Shown: piece by piece, positions 18,201 through 27,500 of the stretch
Numbering within the stretch: the first letter of the stretch is position 1
Layout of the letters: each line of letters starts with the position of its first letter
Source: an uncultured virus (IMG/VR IMGVR_UViG_3300033069_001311)
Lineage: Duplodnaviria; Heunggongvirae; Uroviricota; Caudoviricetes
DNA length: 64,000 nucleotides
Virus record (IMG/VR): IMGVR_UViG_3300033069_001311
Direction: 5' to 3' (one strand)
Translations under genes and position numbers: made by a program
The notes under the pieces: generated by a model
What the model was told of the DNA's origin: nothing
The model's database searches: none
What the model saw: only the letters and a program-made list of their open reading frames with translations

Positions 18201-21096
18201 CCAGACTGACAGCCTCGTCGAGGGCCGAGATAGCTTCCGAAGAGGCTCCCGTCCACTTGTCCACTATGCGGGATGGGATGCCCAATATCTGGCGGGCCAG
18301 AGAGAGGAGCCGACCGAACGCGGATTGTCTCAGAGGAAGTGGCTGGATGTCCGGATAAGAAGATCGTGCGGTGTCGACCAGAGGGACTTGCTTGGAATAA
18401 TCTAACCGGATCAGATACTCCCGCATCTGCCGCGAGCTTAGGGCTTCGGCGAAGAATTCGCTCAAGTTCTTGAAAGCGTTCTTGCCGACCCCGGTGCTCA
18501 GAAGTTCTGCGGGGGCGTTCTCTCTGGCAAACTCGAAAAGGCGTGTGGCTCTACGTCGCAGGTCCTGAGAGACAGCGTCCAGCTTGGACGTGACGGAGTT
18601 GTGGACTAGTTCATGGTTGAGAGTTCGGACAAATTGAGACTGGGATATCCGGCCCCCCTTCCGATTCCTCAAAGCGATGTCGATCTTCGCGACCTTGCTC
18701 CCCGACTTGGTGGCGAACCTGCCCTGGAAATACGTGGCGGGTTCGTCGAGCAAAACGATCCTAGAGATCGGATGCTTGTCGCTCGGTCTGATGAGGTGGG
18801 CCAACAAAGCCCTGCCCGTCTCGCTCGCTCTGGCGAACAACCCGGAATTCAAGGCTTCCGACAGCTTGGCCACATCAAGATCCCCGTCCTCGTTGCTGAT
18901 GGCCCGGATCAGATCGTCAGTGACTATGGTGTCGGCCTTCTCGGGGGCGAGGGAGAAGCGGGGGGCTGGCGCCCGACGATAGATCGGCTTCTTGCTCAGC
19001 GGATCTTCAGAGACCTTCTGGAATCCGGCACGTTCGTAGAAGCGAGCAAGATCTTCGGCCCGACCCGGCTGAGCCGACGCCGTAAGCGATACCGGCACAC
19101 CCCTAGACTCAGACAAGCGGACGACGTCCGCGAGAGCCTGCCCACCGAGCCCCTTACCCGGCGACTCTATCACGTTGAGCACCAGCCCGGAGGGAGTCTC
19201 AGACACCTGGAGCCGGACACCGGACTCCGCCCACTTCTGCTCCAAGGCTGTCACCTCGGGAGACTTCGATGCCGGGGGCTGGCCCGGAACCGCGCCCCAC
19301 CCTACCATTGACTGCCGCCCCTGTCCGGCGCCCGCCCCAACCTTACGCAGGTTCCGGAGCATGAGTCGCCCCGCCTGAGCGTTGGTCAACGAGACCCCGA
19401 TCTTCTCCTTCACCCACGCCACGGCCTCGCCGACCCACTGCTTCCACTTCGGGTCACGGTTCAGCTTGGCGACGAACTCGTCGCTCAGGCGCCGGACGTA
19501 CTGCGCGTCGTCCTCGCCCTCAAGCTGGAGGTACTTCTCCGCCTGGAGCTTCGTGCGTTCGGCGTCGGTCAGCGGATTCCGGGCGATGAAATCGGTCAGG
19601 GCAACCTGTCCGGGCTCCGTCGCAATCCATCCGTGCGCCTTTTCCTCACGCAGCGTACCGCGCAACCGATTCTCGTTGCGGATGTTGGGTACATACACCC
19701 GGAACCGGCCATCAATGAATTCACCCTCGACCGACGCACCCTCCGCCGTCTTCTTCGCCTCCGGGATGAAGTCGACCAGATCCGCGACGCCTTCCTCCTC
19801 GGCGATCCGGGCAAAGTTGAGCACCGCCTTGCGTTTTCGCTTACCGAGCGGAGGGGCGTAGTCTCGCACCGCGCCCAAGGCGCCCTCGACCGGGGCTGAG
19901 GCGATGGGTACCGACCCCGTCGGCACCTCGCCGGACGTCAGCTCCGCCCGAGCGACATCGACCGGCACGCCGCGGGCAGTCAAAGGAGCCGGCGCCGTGA
20001 TCCGGTTTGCCAGCTCAACCGCACCGCCGAGGCCGGCGCCGCCGAACATACCGCCCGCGACCGCCGTCCCCACCCGGTTCGCAACATCCGGCCCCGGGCT
20101 CCCGGTGAGTAACGCCCGGCCGGCGACCGTTGCCTCCTCCTGAAGACCTTCCGTCAATCCTTCGCCGAGGATCTGGCCAACCAAGAACTTGGCCGCCCCC
20201 TTCTTCGCCGCGTCGCCACCGCCCAACCGAGCGAGGAGCTTGGAGTCCGTAATAGATTCGAGGGCGCCATTGATGAAGCCGACGATGGGTGCGGCGATGC
20301 GTGCCGCCACCGGGATGGCCCCGGCGTCGAGGTACTCCGACAGGGCGTCGGCCGTCTCGACCGGTGCGACCGAGATCATGGGGCCAAGGATTCCAGCCGC
20401 CCGCATCCCAATCCCGGCGCCCTGCAACGCTTTCGCCACGGCTCCGCCCGGAATGATGTACGCGGCGGAGTCGGCGATAGCGTTAACGCCCAATGTTCCG
20501 AGGTCGGCCGCAGCGGCGAGGGGTCCGATGTCCCTGCCCGACCGGAAGACGTCAGCCAGAGACGGCTCCGAGTCGGGGCGCTCGGAAACTCGAAGCTGTT
20601 CCTGCGCCCCGGTAATCCCCCGGTCCATGTCGGACAGGAGTTGGGCGATGCGCTCCGCCGCCGGGCGCGTGGCGTCCGCCGCCAGGAAGGGGGCGAGCTG
20701 GATGTTGGCGATGGTTCCCGGTACCCGGAGGAAGTTCGCGGCGCCGGCCGCCACGCGCCGGGGTCCGGCCATGATGTCGGAGGACAGGAACCCGGAGAGG
20801 CCGCCGGATTCCCGCGCCGCTTCGAGGGCGTCGAGATCGGCAATCCGGGATTGCTCCTGATCGAACTGCCGGTTCTCCGCGGGGGTGCCGCGGATGGAAG
20901 AGATCCGAGCCTGTCTCTCGGCGGGCGATAGTGGCGCCCTGTCCGGACCTAGCGTAACGGCTGAGGGTCCGGCGTCAGCGGATGCAGGCTCGAAAAGATC
21001 GGGGTAGGACTGGCGAACAAAGTCCGTAACCTCGTCACGACCCCAGTTGTCCGGGACTTCGAGCGAGGCCCGTCCGGGAATGTCGACGAGGGCCAT
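12193..21096 (-). CDS. large polyvalent internal virion/ejection protein with GNAT and zincin-like domains
   Basis: 2967 aa; GNAT (GKGLG...LARFYERAGF), zincin HELVH, repeated PRFSL linkers, Arg-rich C-terminus. Confidence 0.85.
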   Translation of the reverse strand: MALVDIPGRASLEVPDNWGRDEVTDFVRQSYPDLFEPASADAGPSAVTLGPDRAPLSPAERQARISSIRGTPAENRQFDQEQSRIADLDALEAARESGGLSGFLSSDIMAGPRRVAAGAANFLRVPGTIANIQLAPFLAADATRPAAERIAQLLSDMDRGITGAQEQLRVSERPDSEPSLADVFRSGRDIGPLAAAADLGTLGVNAIADSAAYIIPGGAVAKALQGAGIGMRAAGILGPMISVAPVETADALSEYLDAGAIPVAARIAAPIVGFINGALESITDSKLLARLGGGDAAKKGAAKFLVGQILGEGLTEGLQEEATVAGRALLTGSPGPDVANRVGTAVAGGMFGGAGLGGAVELANRITAPAPLTARGVPVDVARAELTSGEVPTGSVPIASAPVEGALGAVRDYAPPLGKRKRKAVLNFARIAEEEGVADLVDFIPEAKKTAEGASVEGEFIDGRFRVYVPNIRNENRLRGTLREEKAHGWIATEPGQVALTDFIARNPLTDAERTKLQAEKYLQLEGEDDAQYVRRLSDEFVAKLNRDPKWKQWVGEAVAWVKEKIGVSLTNAQAGRLMLRNLRKVGAGAGQGRQSMVGWGAVPGQPPASKSPEVTALEQKWAESGVRLQVSETPSGLVLNVIESPGKGLGGQALADVVRLSESRGVPVSLTASAQPGRAEDLARFYERAGFQKVSEDPLSKKPIYRRAPAPRFSLAPEKADTIVTDDLIRAISNEDGDLDVAKLSEALNSGLFARASETGRALLAHLIRPSDKHPISRIVLLDEPATYFQGRFATKSGSKVAKIDIALRNRKGGRISQSQFVRTLNHELVHNSVTSKLDAVSQDLRRRATRLFEFARENAPAELLSTGVGKNAFKNLSEFFAEALSSRQMREYLIRLDYSKQVPLVDTARSSYPDIQPLPLRQSAFGRLLSLARQILGIPSRIVDKWTGASSEAISALDEAVSLAGQAETYDRPSQDGLYAEAPSTPRFSLSPEKATTLLDSIRTEFPSAPPIIVGDPDPRGAYYDGANIVVSPGDLPGNPAAARATILSALVESRLMLRNLRRTGGQSGGQSRQSLDVVGAQRNNLPEWAREEMVRRGMDPKRILNDVDLGNPSVQEAIRSDPSLTDEQKSRLLSTGSLRQSTPRFSLAPDRLPKIVDSIRAEFPSAPPIIEGPPDPRGAYYDGSNIVVSAPDLSGNPASARSAIVSALVESGLDVFGPTFVADTYAMLRETDPVGTARIAERLAANPKTPEGQRSILGEVLRLQGQESRLRPWVRKWMRRLRLSPTDELSRNLERLARTTLAAYEIPENLAGGRATPAAQVYANLNHAVWAYAKPIVDRLRNLAIDERFAAEDEKAFRNMGNRMRALGDSGRARDIGAGVERPWNPRSETFIEDLRAADIPTTDADERLHAAFRLEAEARDLVRTLDAIDDLTELLSQLERSAPNFDRTEDLARLAALRKEIAEADPGALARAGDLRLHAARKWESRAAQMVMLDPQIQAWLEIVERIEQSGATPQEASGNLADAAEVARDTLFLSWRPFQKRTAQVYDDFMSTTYPERLRALRTRLEDLTGDRVRAHVAVGEILASLRGVMGLSGSTEDRATAEFLAENDEQLRRFIVALAQADPDSAVARFRDRVFRRLDSDEADLRAVAAASGISVDATVRLVDLIRESDGRRNAVVEAYGAVDRSITESALAAIRGVEQGGSAEAAAPAIARFVRARGRAIDALTGVEQDISQLEGRRVALEMLRDAGATEVPTPETGATEMVYDANDGGVLFREFTKADGSEQPAIRLLPGEEYTGDLLTQLVDWQRNAEEAVAAGSNPEPVTRGLRVAVPMTDFYIDAKFTRDQISSTIAPTRGMDRTGGSPFTLWLNIGTRETLSKLVPGVQGRRLKAKLAGYVKAGQVIDKLTRKHVRKNRELMIAAAESLGLDLRNEGDPALLQRARNEVSHRVGRQFSSGLGVGDRLISLPGRTITPELLNLLRNDRAVGREAQAEELRRPYGGVRVQLPGERVVRRPGETGDFGLARLPRPAVYQRLAEVYRTKDPLQIAAFWDSAESQQGLLWHILDSGRADLGVERDGDLIAAEQRIANRIFQGAPAPRTLDEAVSLLTAESGLTRAEVRGKLLKELEGYARIAAARVPAETGTSAKTSAIEAFGESDLTEFTQSAAPLMFPSSWYTYGMSDSLQAFLERTGDAAQVEFLTALQESAKELRTIATAIAEAQTLPEIEKAAVFAKYRGDILWHTNSDWSGTNIDKVRAQAAVKNMKLRADRLAAEIASIQAPAKAWHSSVQRGISNVIPHLLMWTGPAVANIVSGPWAGRFVNRPFLGTGVSTARAVADMIVGSPMHFAYDRLMALGQGMGLKFSEPEELQAYLEGAGILGSYSRAELGESEAWSRGEVTGGLGTRISQAGQEAANAISERVGVRLGDSVLNRYIARTMVPPIIWRMKRIAAVWKSRLAREGLAYDPANPLTLLTDADVGGSATLRDFLGTFGNPEVVLQNIQSVPVRTFWRSELGATIGSSILSQVNAATRGNRPTSNPLLSLLGWTVNMVNQIAADSRTVPDDGRLKKISQTTLRTLSWMALAAISAYWSTIARRSAQAGQTQLAEAIQQILMGLDDDDDEGLLDALTRLSGLIREHVPGAPLVFNAAARVAGAMKTPPPTGEPTPLDMSFWGQSPTEILKDIAFTVPKGVGLDLENPRLPAVGILSTVGQGLSQVGQAGWTIAHDMGPEGQAGAKADLKEGTRKVLSVFSMAGQFVYNMANPEAVVSKQVKSEIVEAARKIGLEPSKPPKFGSWLAPTPKEQALREAARRGDEEGMRNITGFAFRQAYNKAVEKGESPEQAQSAGEQAVKGLLVALDPIRDAVGGPITEEQYRKLQPLLGPKVREAMNQRARAVQVISERPPEGMRSFAPTPAMETPVKRTPGGRVSSSRGRGRRGRRPSFLARRRSAGRRVRRVRLRV
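17455..18137 (-). repeat. two diverged copies of an ~68-codon module in the giant protein
   Basis: PRFSL..DSIR(T/A)EFPSAPPII.G..DPRGAYYDG.NIVVS...SALVES at ~17929-18137 and ~17455-17663. Confidence 0.9.
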
Positions 21097-21099
21097 GAG

Positions 21100-22164
21100 T
21101 TAAAGAACGCGACGCGTAGCGGGGTCGAATGTCCACCGAGGTTGAGCGCCCCGAGACGGAGCCCGGTACGCGGAGGGGCGAATGGCGCCGAGATCCTGAT
21201 AGCCGGTGGGTCCACTCGGCAGCCGGTACGCGTTGCCCCGGGCCTGAGCCTCGGCGAGGATCTGGGCGGCGGATTGGCCGATCGTGGGGGCGCCGCCATT
21301 ACCGAGCAACTCCTCGAAGATCGAGGTATCGACAAGGGCGGTCGGACGGCTACGCGCCGAACGGTAGTCCTGGTCCCAGCTTCGCTGGCCGGAGTCGAGA
21401 GCCGATAGCTGGGTGAGCAGGGCTTCGTAATCCGTACGGGGGTCGCCCTCGGAGGGCCCGGCGACACCGGTCGGCAACGTCCGGAAGGTGCGGGCCTCGG
21501 CGTCGCGGATGGCGTTCATGCCGGCCCGGCCGGAGGGGGAGAAGATTTCAGGCAGTCCGTCCGGACCCACTCGTACGGAGAGGTTGTCGTCTCCGGCGAC
21601 CGCTTGGTCCGCATTGCCGCGAAGGAACCGCTGAAGGTCGGCGAGATCCGCTTCGGCTCCCGACCGTTCCTCGGTGAGCTGAGTCCCAAGCTGCTCCAAC
21701 TGCCGGAGCCGGGAGGCGTTCTCCAATGCCTGGGCATTCGTTCCCTGCGCCCGAGCCGCGGACTGCGCCAGCCGGGCGAGGTATTCCTGCTGCCCGATCT
21801 GCTGACGGACCGCCCGGTCAGCCTCCGCCTGACGGGCGATTCGATTCTCTCGGGCCGCCTGCGCCGCCATCTGCTCCCGTTGCATGGCGATCTGGACCTG
21901 CCGGGCCCGCTCATTGAGCACCGTGTTCTGGGCACCGCCGACGGTGTCGCCCCAAATGACGCCAGCGTATGGGCTGATCTCCGACCGGGCGCGGGTCCAC
22001 CGGTTCGCCGCGGCCTCGACCCCCGCCGGGTCCTTCATGATGAGCTGGGCACCCGGCCCCATGCCGATGGAGCCGTTCATCCACGGGGTCGTGCGGGCGG
22101 CCGAGAACTCGCCGAGGGAGGGCGGCGCGTTCAGGGCACGGATGAGGTCGGCGATGTCGGCCAT
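21100..22164 (-). CDS. internal virion (ejection) protein
   Basis: Ala/Gln/Arg-rich helical protein upstream of the giant protein. Confidence 0.7.
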   Translation of the reverse strand: MADIADLIRALNAPPSLGEFSAARTTPWMNGSIGMGPGAQLIMKDPAGVEAAANRWTRARSEISPYAGVIWGDTVGGAQNTVLNERARQVQIAMQREQMAAQAARENRIARQAEADRAVRQQIGQQEYLARLAQSAARAQGTNAQALENASRLRQLEQLGTQLTEERSGAEADLADLQRFLRGNADQAVAGDDNLSVRVGPDGLPEIFSPSGRAGMNAIRDAEARTFRTLPTGVAGPSEGDPRTDYEALLTQLSALDSGQRSWDQDYRSARSRPTALVDTSIFEELLGNGGAPTIGQSAAQILAEAQARGNAYRLPSGPTGYQDLGAIRPSAYRAPSRGAQPRWTFDPATRRVL

Positions 22165-22168
22165 AGGA

Positions 22169-22402
22169 TCAATTCAGAGTCGGGAGTTCGTCGTCATCCT
22201 CGGGCTCCGGTTCCAAGGCGACCGCGTCCTGCATCCGGAGCCACGCCGAGACGAGAGCGAGCGTAGCGAAATTATTCCCAGAGCCGGTGATCGCCGAGTG
22301 CGTCTCTCCTCCCTCCTGCCACGTCACGAAAATTTGCAGACTGTCGAACCACTCAGAGAGTAGGCCGACCGCCTCTTCGAGTTTCTTGTCTTGGTCGCTC
22401 AT
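22169..22402 (-). CDS. hypothetical protein
   Basis: 77-aa ORF, ATGA-coupled. Confidence 0.7.
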   Translation of the reverse strand: MSDQDKKLEEAVGLLSEWFDSLQIFVTWQEGGETHSAITGSGNNFATLALVSAWLRMQDAVALEPEPEDDDELPTLN

Positions 22403-23097
22403 TGCTGGATTCCGTAGGCGGAGATGAGGTTTTGAAGCGCCAGTTGCAGGGCGCTCCCGAGGTTTGAGTTGTAGTTGCCGAGGGCCGCCTGCTCCTGCTG
22501 CTGAGGCATCAGGAGACGGGCGAGGTTGGAGTCAATCATCCCGGTCCGTCGACCGTAACCGGCGCTCCGGCCCGCCATGAGCGAAGCGAGGTCTGCCCGC
22601 TCCTGCCCCGCGGCGTCGTACGCCTCTTGGGTCCGGAGCTTTCCAGCCTCAGCCATCGCCAGACGAGAGAGGTACGAACCCATGCCGGTGTTCCCGGAGC
22701 CCACGGCCCGGGAGCTGAGGGTACGCCGGAACCCACCGAGGATCTGGTCATCGAGGTTGCCGAGCGCCGTCGCCCGTCGGTCGCGGATGCCGGCCAAGTC
22801 CGCCTCGTACCCGCCGGGGGAGAAGAGCCGGGAGAGGTCACCGAGTTCCTGGTTCAGGTATCCGGAAGTCTGAGGCAGGGAGCCGGCGAAGGCATTCCGG
22901 TAGTTGGCCACGTCCCGGCCGGCGGACGCCCGGAGCCGGGAGGCTTCGTCGAAGGAGGACCGGATCGCCGGGTCGGCTCCAGGTACCTTGGCCAGAGACA
23001 GTTGCCGGACTCCGGTGTTCGGCGTCCGGCCGAAGAAGTCGGGCGCCGGCTGAGCACTCCGGTAAACCGGCTGGGCGAGAGAATTCCAGGTAGCCAT
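22399..23097 (-). CDS. internal virion (ejection/pilot) protein
   Basis: Gly/Ala/Gln-rich 232 aa, first of three internal proteins of increasing size. Confidence 0.65.
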   Translation of the reverse strand: MATWNSLAQPVYRSAQPAPDFFGRTPNTGVRQLSLAKVPGADPAIRSSFDEASRLRASAGRDVANYRNAFAGSLPQTSGYLNQELGDLSRLFSPGGYEADLAGIRDRRATALGNLDDQILGGFRRTLSSRAVGSGNTGMGSYLSRLAMAEAGKLRTQEAYDAAGQERADLASLMAGRSAGYGRRTGMIDSNLARLLMPQQQEQAALGNYNSNLGSALQLALQNLISAYGIQQ

Positions 23098-23143
23098 AGG
23101 CGTGGGGAGAGTATGACGGAATTGAGACGATCGGCAATGGTTG

Positions 23144-23458
23144 CTACTGGCGGGCCTGAATGTTGTCGAGCGACTGGCGCACGGCGCTGAGTTCCCGAGC
23201 CAGGATCTCGTGGCGCATGCTCGACATCTGGTCGCTGGTCCTCATGAGGGTTGCCATATCCCGGACCGTCTGGGCGATCTGGTAAATCTGATCGGCGATC
23301 TGCTTCTGGCTCTCGACGAGCGCGGTAATCGTGCTCCGGAGGTTGTCGTCCTTCTCGACTGGCCTGACGACACCCTTGCCCCACTGGAAGAGAATCCAGA
23401 AGAGGGAGAAAACTCCGGAGGCGGCTCCGACGGCGGATGCGATTTCAGCGATCGTCAT
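23144..23458 (-). CDS. membrane protein with coiled coil (lysis-associated?)
   Basis: N-terminal TM helix then coiled coil; adjacent to holin-like gene. Confidence 0.55.
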   Translation of the reverse strand: MTIAEIASAVGAASGVFSLFWILFQWGKGVVRPVEKDDNLRSTITALVESQKQIADQIYQIAQTVRDMATLMRTSDQMSSMRHEILARELSAVRQSLDNIQARQ

Positions 23459-23694
23459 GGGGGTGGGGGCTTGAGACCTTGGTCTTCCGAACTTTTGTTG
23501 GCGTCACGTGCGAGCATGGCGCCGATGCCGAGAGCGGCCATTCCGATGTACTCGGCCTCCTTCTTGTACTCCGGGAAGAGTTCCATCTCCGAGGCGCCGA
23601 TCGCCAACAGGGCGACGATGCCGCAGAGGCTTGTCTTCCACGAACCTTTGAGGTCGAGGGGGTTGATCGAGCGAAGGAGTTGGAGGAGGTTCAT
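23455..23694 (-). CDS. holin-like protein
   Basis: two TM segments, SWKTSLCG and LARD..KSSE pattern. Confidence 0.6.
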   Translation of the reverse strand: MNLLQLLRSINPLDLKGSWKTSLCGIVALLAIGASEMELFPEYKKEAEYIGMAALGIGAMLARDANKSSEDQGLKPPPP

Positions 23695-23697
23695 GGG

Positions 23698-24570
23698 TTA
23701 TTCCTCGATGAAGATTGGTCGAAGAATCCCGGATTCGTTGGTCACCACCATACGGAGGGTCGTATAGTAGTTAGTCCCGGTGATGTCCTTGATGTAGACA
23801 AGCTTGAAAGCTGTATTGTTCGTCGTAGCACTGATCGTAGCAGGGTGCCTAAGCTCCATCATTGTCAGTAAGCTTTGGCCTCCAGTCGTACTATTCGTGT
23901 TCGGTGCGGGTACAGCAAACCGTATCGCTGCCGGGGTGCCTACGCCGGAGCCAAACCCCGCACCTTGATACAAATCCCCGCCTCTCTTGTTTTCGTTTGT
24001 CGTCGTTAGGTCTACCCCAGGAGCGTAGATATTGCCTACTCGTCCAGTCGCAAACCCAGTGTACGCATTACCCCCGAGGTACAAACTGGCATTGTTCGCG
24101 TCGTTGTTAAGTACCGCGATGAATCGGCTGGTGGCTGGGTCTTCTTGTCGAAGCCCTATCTGACCGCCCGCGATTGAGATCCCATTGGTCCCGATACCAA
24201 AACGCTCCAGCTTCAGTCCAGAGGTCCCAGAGATGAAGCCTCTAAGTGTGAGGGCGGTTTGCAAGTTTGTCTCGCCTATCGTCATCGACCCAAGAACGGT
24301 GGCGTTGGTGCTGTAGATCCACCTACCGACTCCCATCCGGACCGGACGGATGCTGTCGTTGGTCGAAGACGTGCTGTCCGGGTTCCAAAAGTATATCCTC
24401 GGCGGCGAGATGTCGTCGCGGACAAGCCTCCCTCTTACAATGGCCGTTGGTTGCTCAATGTTAGGGTAGAGTTGCTCAAGCTCGGCCAACGTGTCAACCA
24501 CGCGGACAGGCGAGTCTCCTAAGACCGCGGCCGAAACGGCGGCGAACAGCGATGTGAATAGCTTTCTCAT
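23698..24570 (-). CDS. tail spike/fibre-like protein with N-terminal signal peptide
   Basis: start at MRKLFTSLFAAVSAAVLG, then VDTLAEL...GRW tailspike attachment-type module. Confidence 0.7.
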   Translation of the reverse strand: MRKLFTSLFAAVSAAVLGDSPVRVVDTLAELEQLYPNIEQPTAIVRGRLVRDDISPPRIYFWNPDSTSSTNDSIRPVRMGVGRWIYSTNATVLGSMTIGETNLQTALTLRGFISGTSGLKLERFGIGTNGISIAGGQIGLRQEDPATSRFIAVLNNDANNASLYLGGNAYTGFATGRVGNIYAPGVDLTTTNENKRGGDLYQGAGFGSGVGTPAAIRFAVPAPNTNSTTGGQSLLTMMELRHPATISATTNNTAFKLVYIKDITGTNYYTTLRMVVTNESGILRPIFIEE

Positions 24571-24571
24571 G

Positions 24572-27500
24572 TTAAGGCTGGACTTCGACAATCCGCCACA
24601 ACCCGGCATCCATCGAGATCGTCGCGACGGAATTAGAGGTGGCGACTGTAGCAACTGTGCTCGTCGACAGACGGGTGAAGTCGCCAGATGACACAGCGTA
24701 GTTTTGGTCACTCAGGTTGTACGCCGCGGGCTGGTAGATCGTAGCGGCTCCCGCCCCAAGAATCGGCGTCCAATAGCTCAACGTGAAAGAAGCTGGAGTG
24801 TCCCTGAAGTCGACGCAATGAATCACGCGACGCCCATCGGAAGGGCGATATCGAACAACGACGAGAACCTGATTGGTCGACGCCCAGGCGGCTACAGTCT
24901 TATCTGCCGGGATCGACGTAGTCTGACCAACGGCGCCTGACAGACTATACCCACGGAGCAGCTGTTCGCCTCTAGCCCGGACGAACCCAGATATGTCGAC
25001 GATTGACGCTCGACCTGCGTAGGTCCGTACAACTGGGTCTCCGTTGTAGACGTCCCACGGAAGGGTCGGCAGGAAACCCATCGCATAGCTTCCTGCCATC
25101 CATCGTCGAGTCCTGTCGGAAGCTCCGAAGTCGGCCTCGTAGCTCGGAAGAGTGTTGACCGAATACGTACTGATCAACGGCCTCCCGTTGAAACTAACCC
25201 AATCGGCGATGAGTTTGTCTGGGTATGTATTGGTCAGACTAACCTCGATCAACGGGTAGTGGAATCGGTCTGAAGTGTATCCGTCTGCGTATATCGCGGT
25301 AGTAGGACTTAGATTAGCACTGATCTTAAGGTCGGCGTTCGACCTGACCGCGCCGCCGAGCCACTCCCAGTAGTTGATAGTCGTCTGCGTCTGGTAGGCT
25401 CGGAGATTCGAAGTCGTTAACGTCCCGTACCCGGTCGCAGCGGCGTCGGCGACGCAGCTCGGGCACACGCAACCATACGACACAGCACCGACCGTCCCCA
25501 ACGCGCTCCCTGTGCCGTATAGGTACTGCAAATACGGCAGAGCCAAGATGTAGTTGATAGCCGGGTCGTCGTGCTGAATGTGCCGGATGCCGAGGTTGTA
25601 GTAGGCCGAAAGAGCATCGACGACAGCTTGTCTGTAGGTGGGCCTGTTCGCGCAGCCATGCCACGTGTTCGCATTCACGTACCAAGTAGGCTTGATGTAC
25701 TGGCCAGTATTGTAGTCTATTTCGAGTGCGTTGGTATTCTGTGTCAGAGACGGATTGAACGCAGCGCCGAGAAGAGGCGTCACTTCACGCAATCCGGAAA
25801 GCCGCGATTCTCTCCCAGAGATATACATCCACATCGACGCCGTTGCGTGAAGCTCCTTGGCCTTGTTCGTAGCATTGTATGGATAATTCCCGTCGCCGAT
25901 AAAACGCGGGGACCACACCACCTCGTTCAGAGGAATAGGGGCCTCTAGATCAGTCTGAGTCCTGGACGCAAGAGACTCGAACGTAGCAAGCTCCTCGGTG
26001 GGTCCGACGACCTTGGGTAGATAGGAGACCTCGTCGTCGGTCAAAGTCGTGCCAAGGTATGCCGCTGCGATGTGGCCGTTCCAGTGGTTCGTGTCGGCAG
26101 TCGCTCGCCCGACGACACCCGAGTAGCTAAAGTTGAACGCCCCAGTAGGAGGGGACGACGATCCGACCAGGGCGCCGTCGACAAATGCACGGAGGCCGTT
26201 CGTGCTCCACGTCAACACCACCAACCTTTGTCCGAGAGGCGTAAGCTCGGGGACGGACGCCGAAAGCGAAACGCCAGATCCTTGGTCCGGCATGGCGACC
26301 CCAAGCGCAGACCGCGTCATCTCTACCCGAAGACTCCCGGACTCAAGCAGCGTCGCGTTAGTCGGCTGCTTGAACCCATTGCGCAGCCAGAGGATCAGAG
26401 ACCCCTCGCCCGCTTTGATTGGCTGACGGATGGTGTAGGCGTAGGTGTCCTGGGGCTTGTAGAGAATCTGAGTTCCGTTCGTCTTAGACATCGGATAGAT
26501 CGGAGTCTCTAGCGCCGCCGGGGAACTGCTATAGTTGTAGCCTGCGGTGTAAAACGACGGGGAACTAGTAACTCCGGCAGTAGCGAGACCGATGTTTGCG
26601 CCAAAGAAAGCTCGCGCCACCGGAGCATTGGTTAGCGTTACGTTCATCCAGGCGTAGCACCACCCACGATCAAGCCTTAGAAAGGCTCCGTCGTGAAAAG
26701 TCACAGGGCCGGCCGAAGTCCTTGTGACTGTCGGGGTCAAAGACGAACCGTCAAGCGTAGCCTTAATCTCAGAAAACCAAGCGAAATTTGTATCAGCCGC
26801 AAGTTGAAGATTGAATGTCAAGTTGGTCGGATTTAACGGCTTGAAGAGCACGCCAAATTGGACAGGGGCGGAGTTTGCAGGTCCTTGGTTGAAGTAGATG
26901 TAGTGGCTGTTCGTTACGCCGGTGTCCGTGTAGGACATCGCCGGGATGTCTGTCCCGAACGGACCCGCCATTACGTTAGTCGAAACCGTCATCCGAACCG
27001 GGTTCAATTGCCCGGCAGGAAAACCCGCAAAAGCAAAATTTGTTCCAGCCCTCTCGATCAATGCCGCCACCCCGGGGACCGAGCCAAACGTCAGCGGAAA
27101 GGCGCGGAGTACGTTGGAAGACACGTGCGAGCCGAGGTCCGGATCAAACGCTTCAGAGTTCCGGACGAACCCTGTGAGGACCGCGGGCGACGATTGCCGG
27201 ATGGTCAGAGGAACGGCGTACGTCGAAACCTTCTGAAAGACTTCGTTCTGCGTCGGTAGGTCTGAGACCGTGTTCCAGTCGGGGTCGGACACCAAGGGGA
27301 TCTGGGTCCAAGATGCCAAACCCGCATCGAGTCGATACGCCGTAGCCGGCGGACCCGACACATATACGACCATCCCTTCCGTGCGCCGACGTAGAGGGAT
27401 CGCGTCCCGCTCTGAGGTGGAGGAGACTGACAGCGAGCCGGCTTCTCCATACCCGTCCCAGACCCAACGCCCGATTCCATTGCGAGTGGCTATGCGCCAC

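Noticed and set aside
12193..21096. Virion RNA polymerase in the giant protein
   Set aside because: No recognisable single-subunit or DxDGD polymerase motifs by eye; not excluded without a structure search
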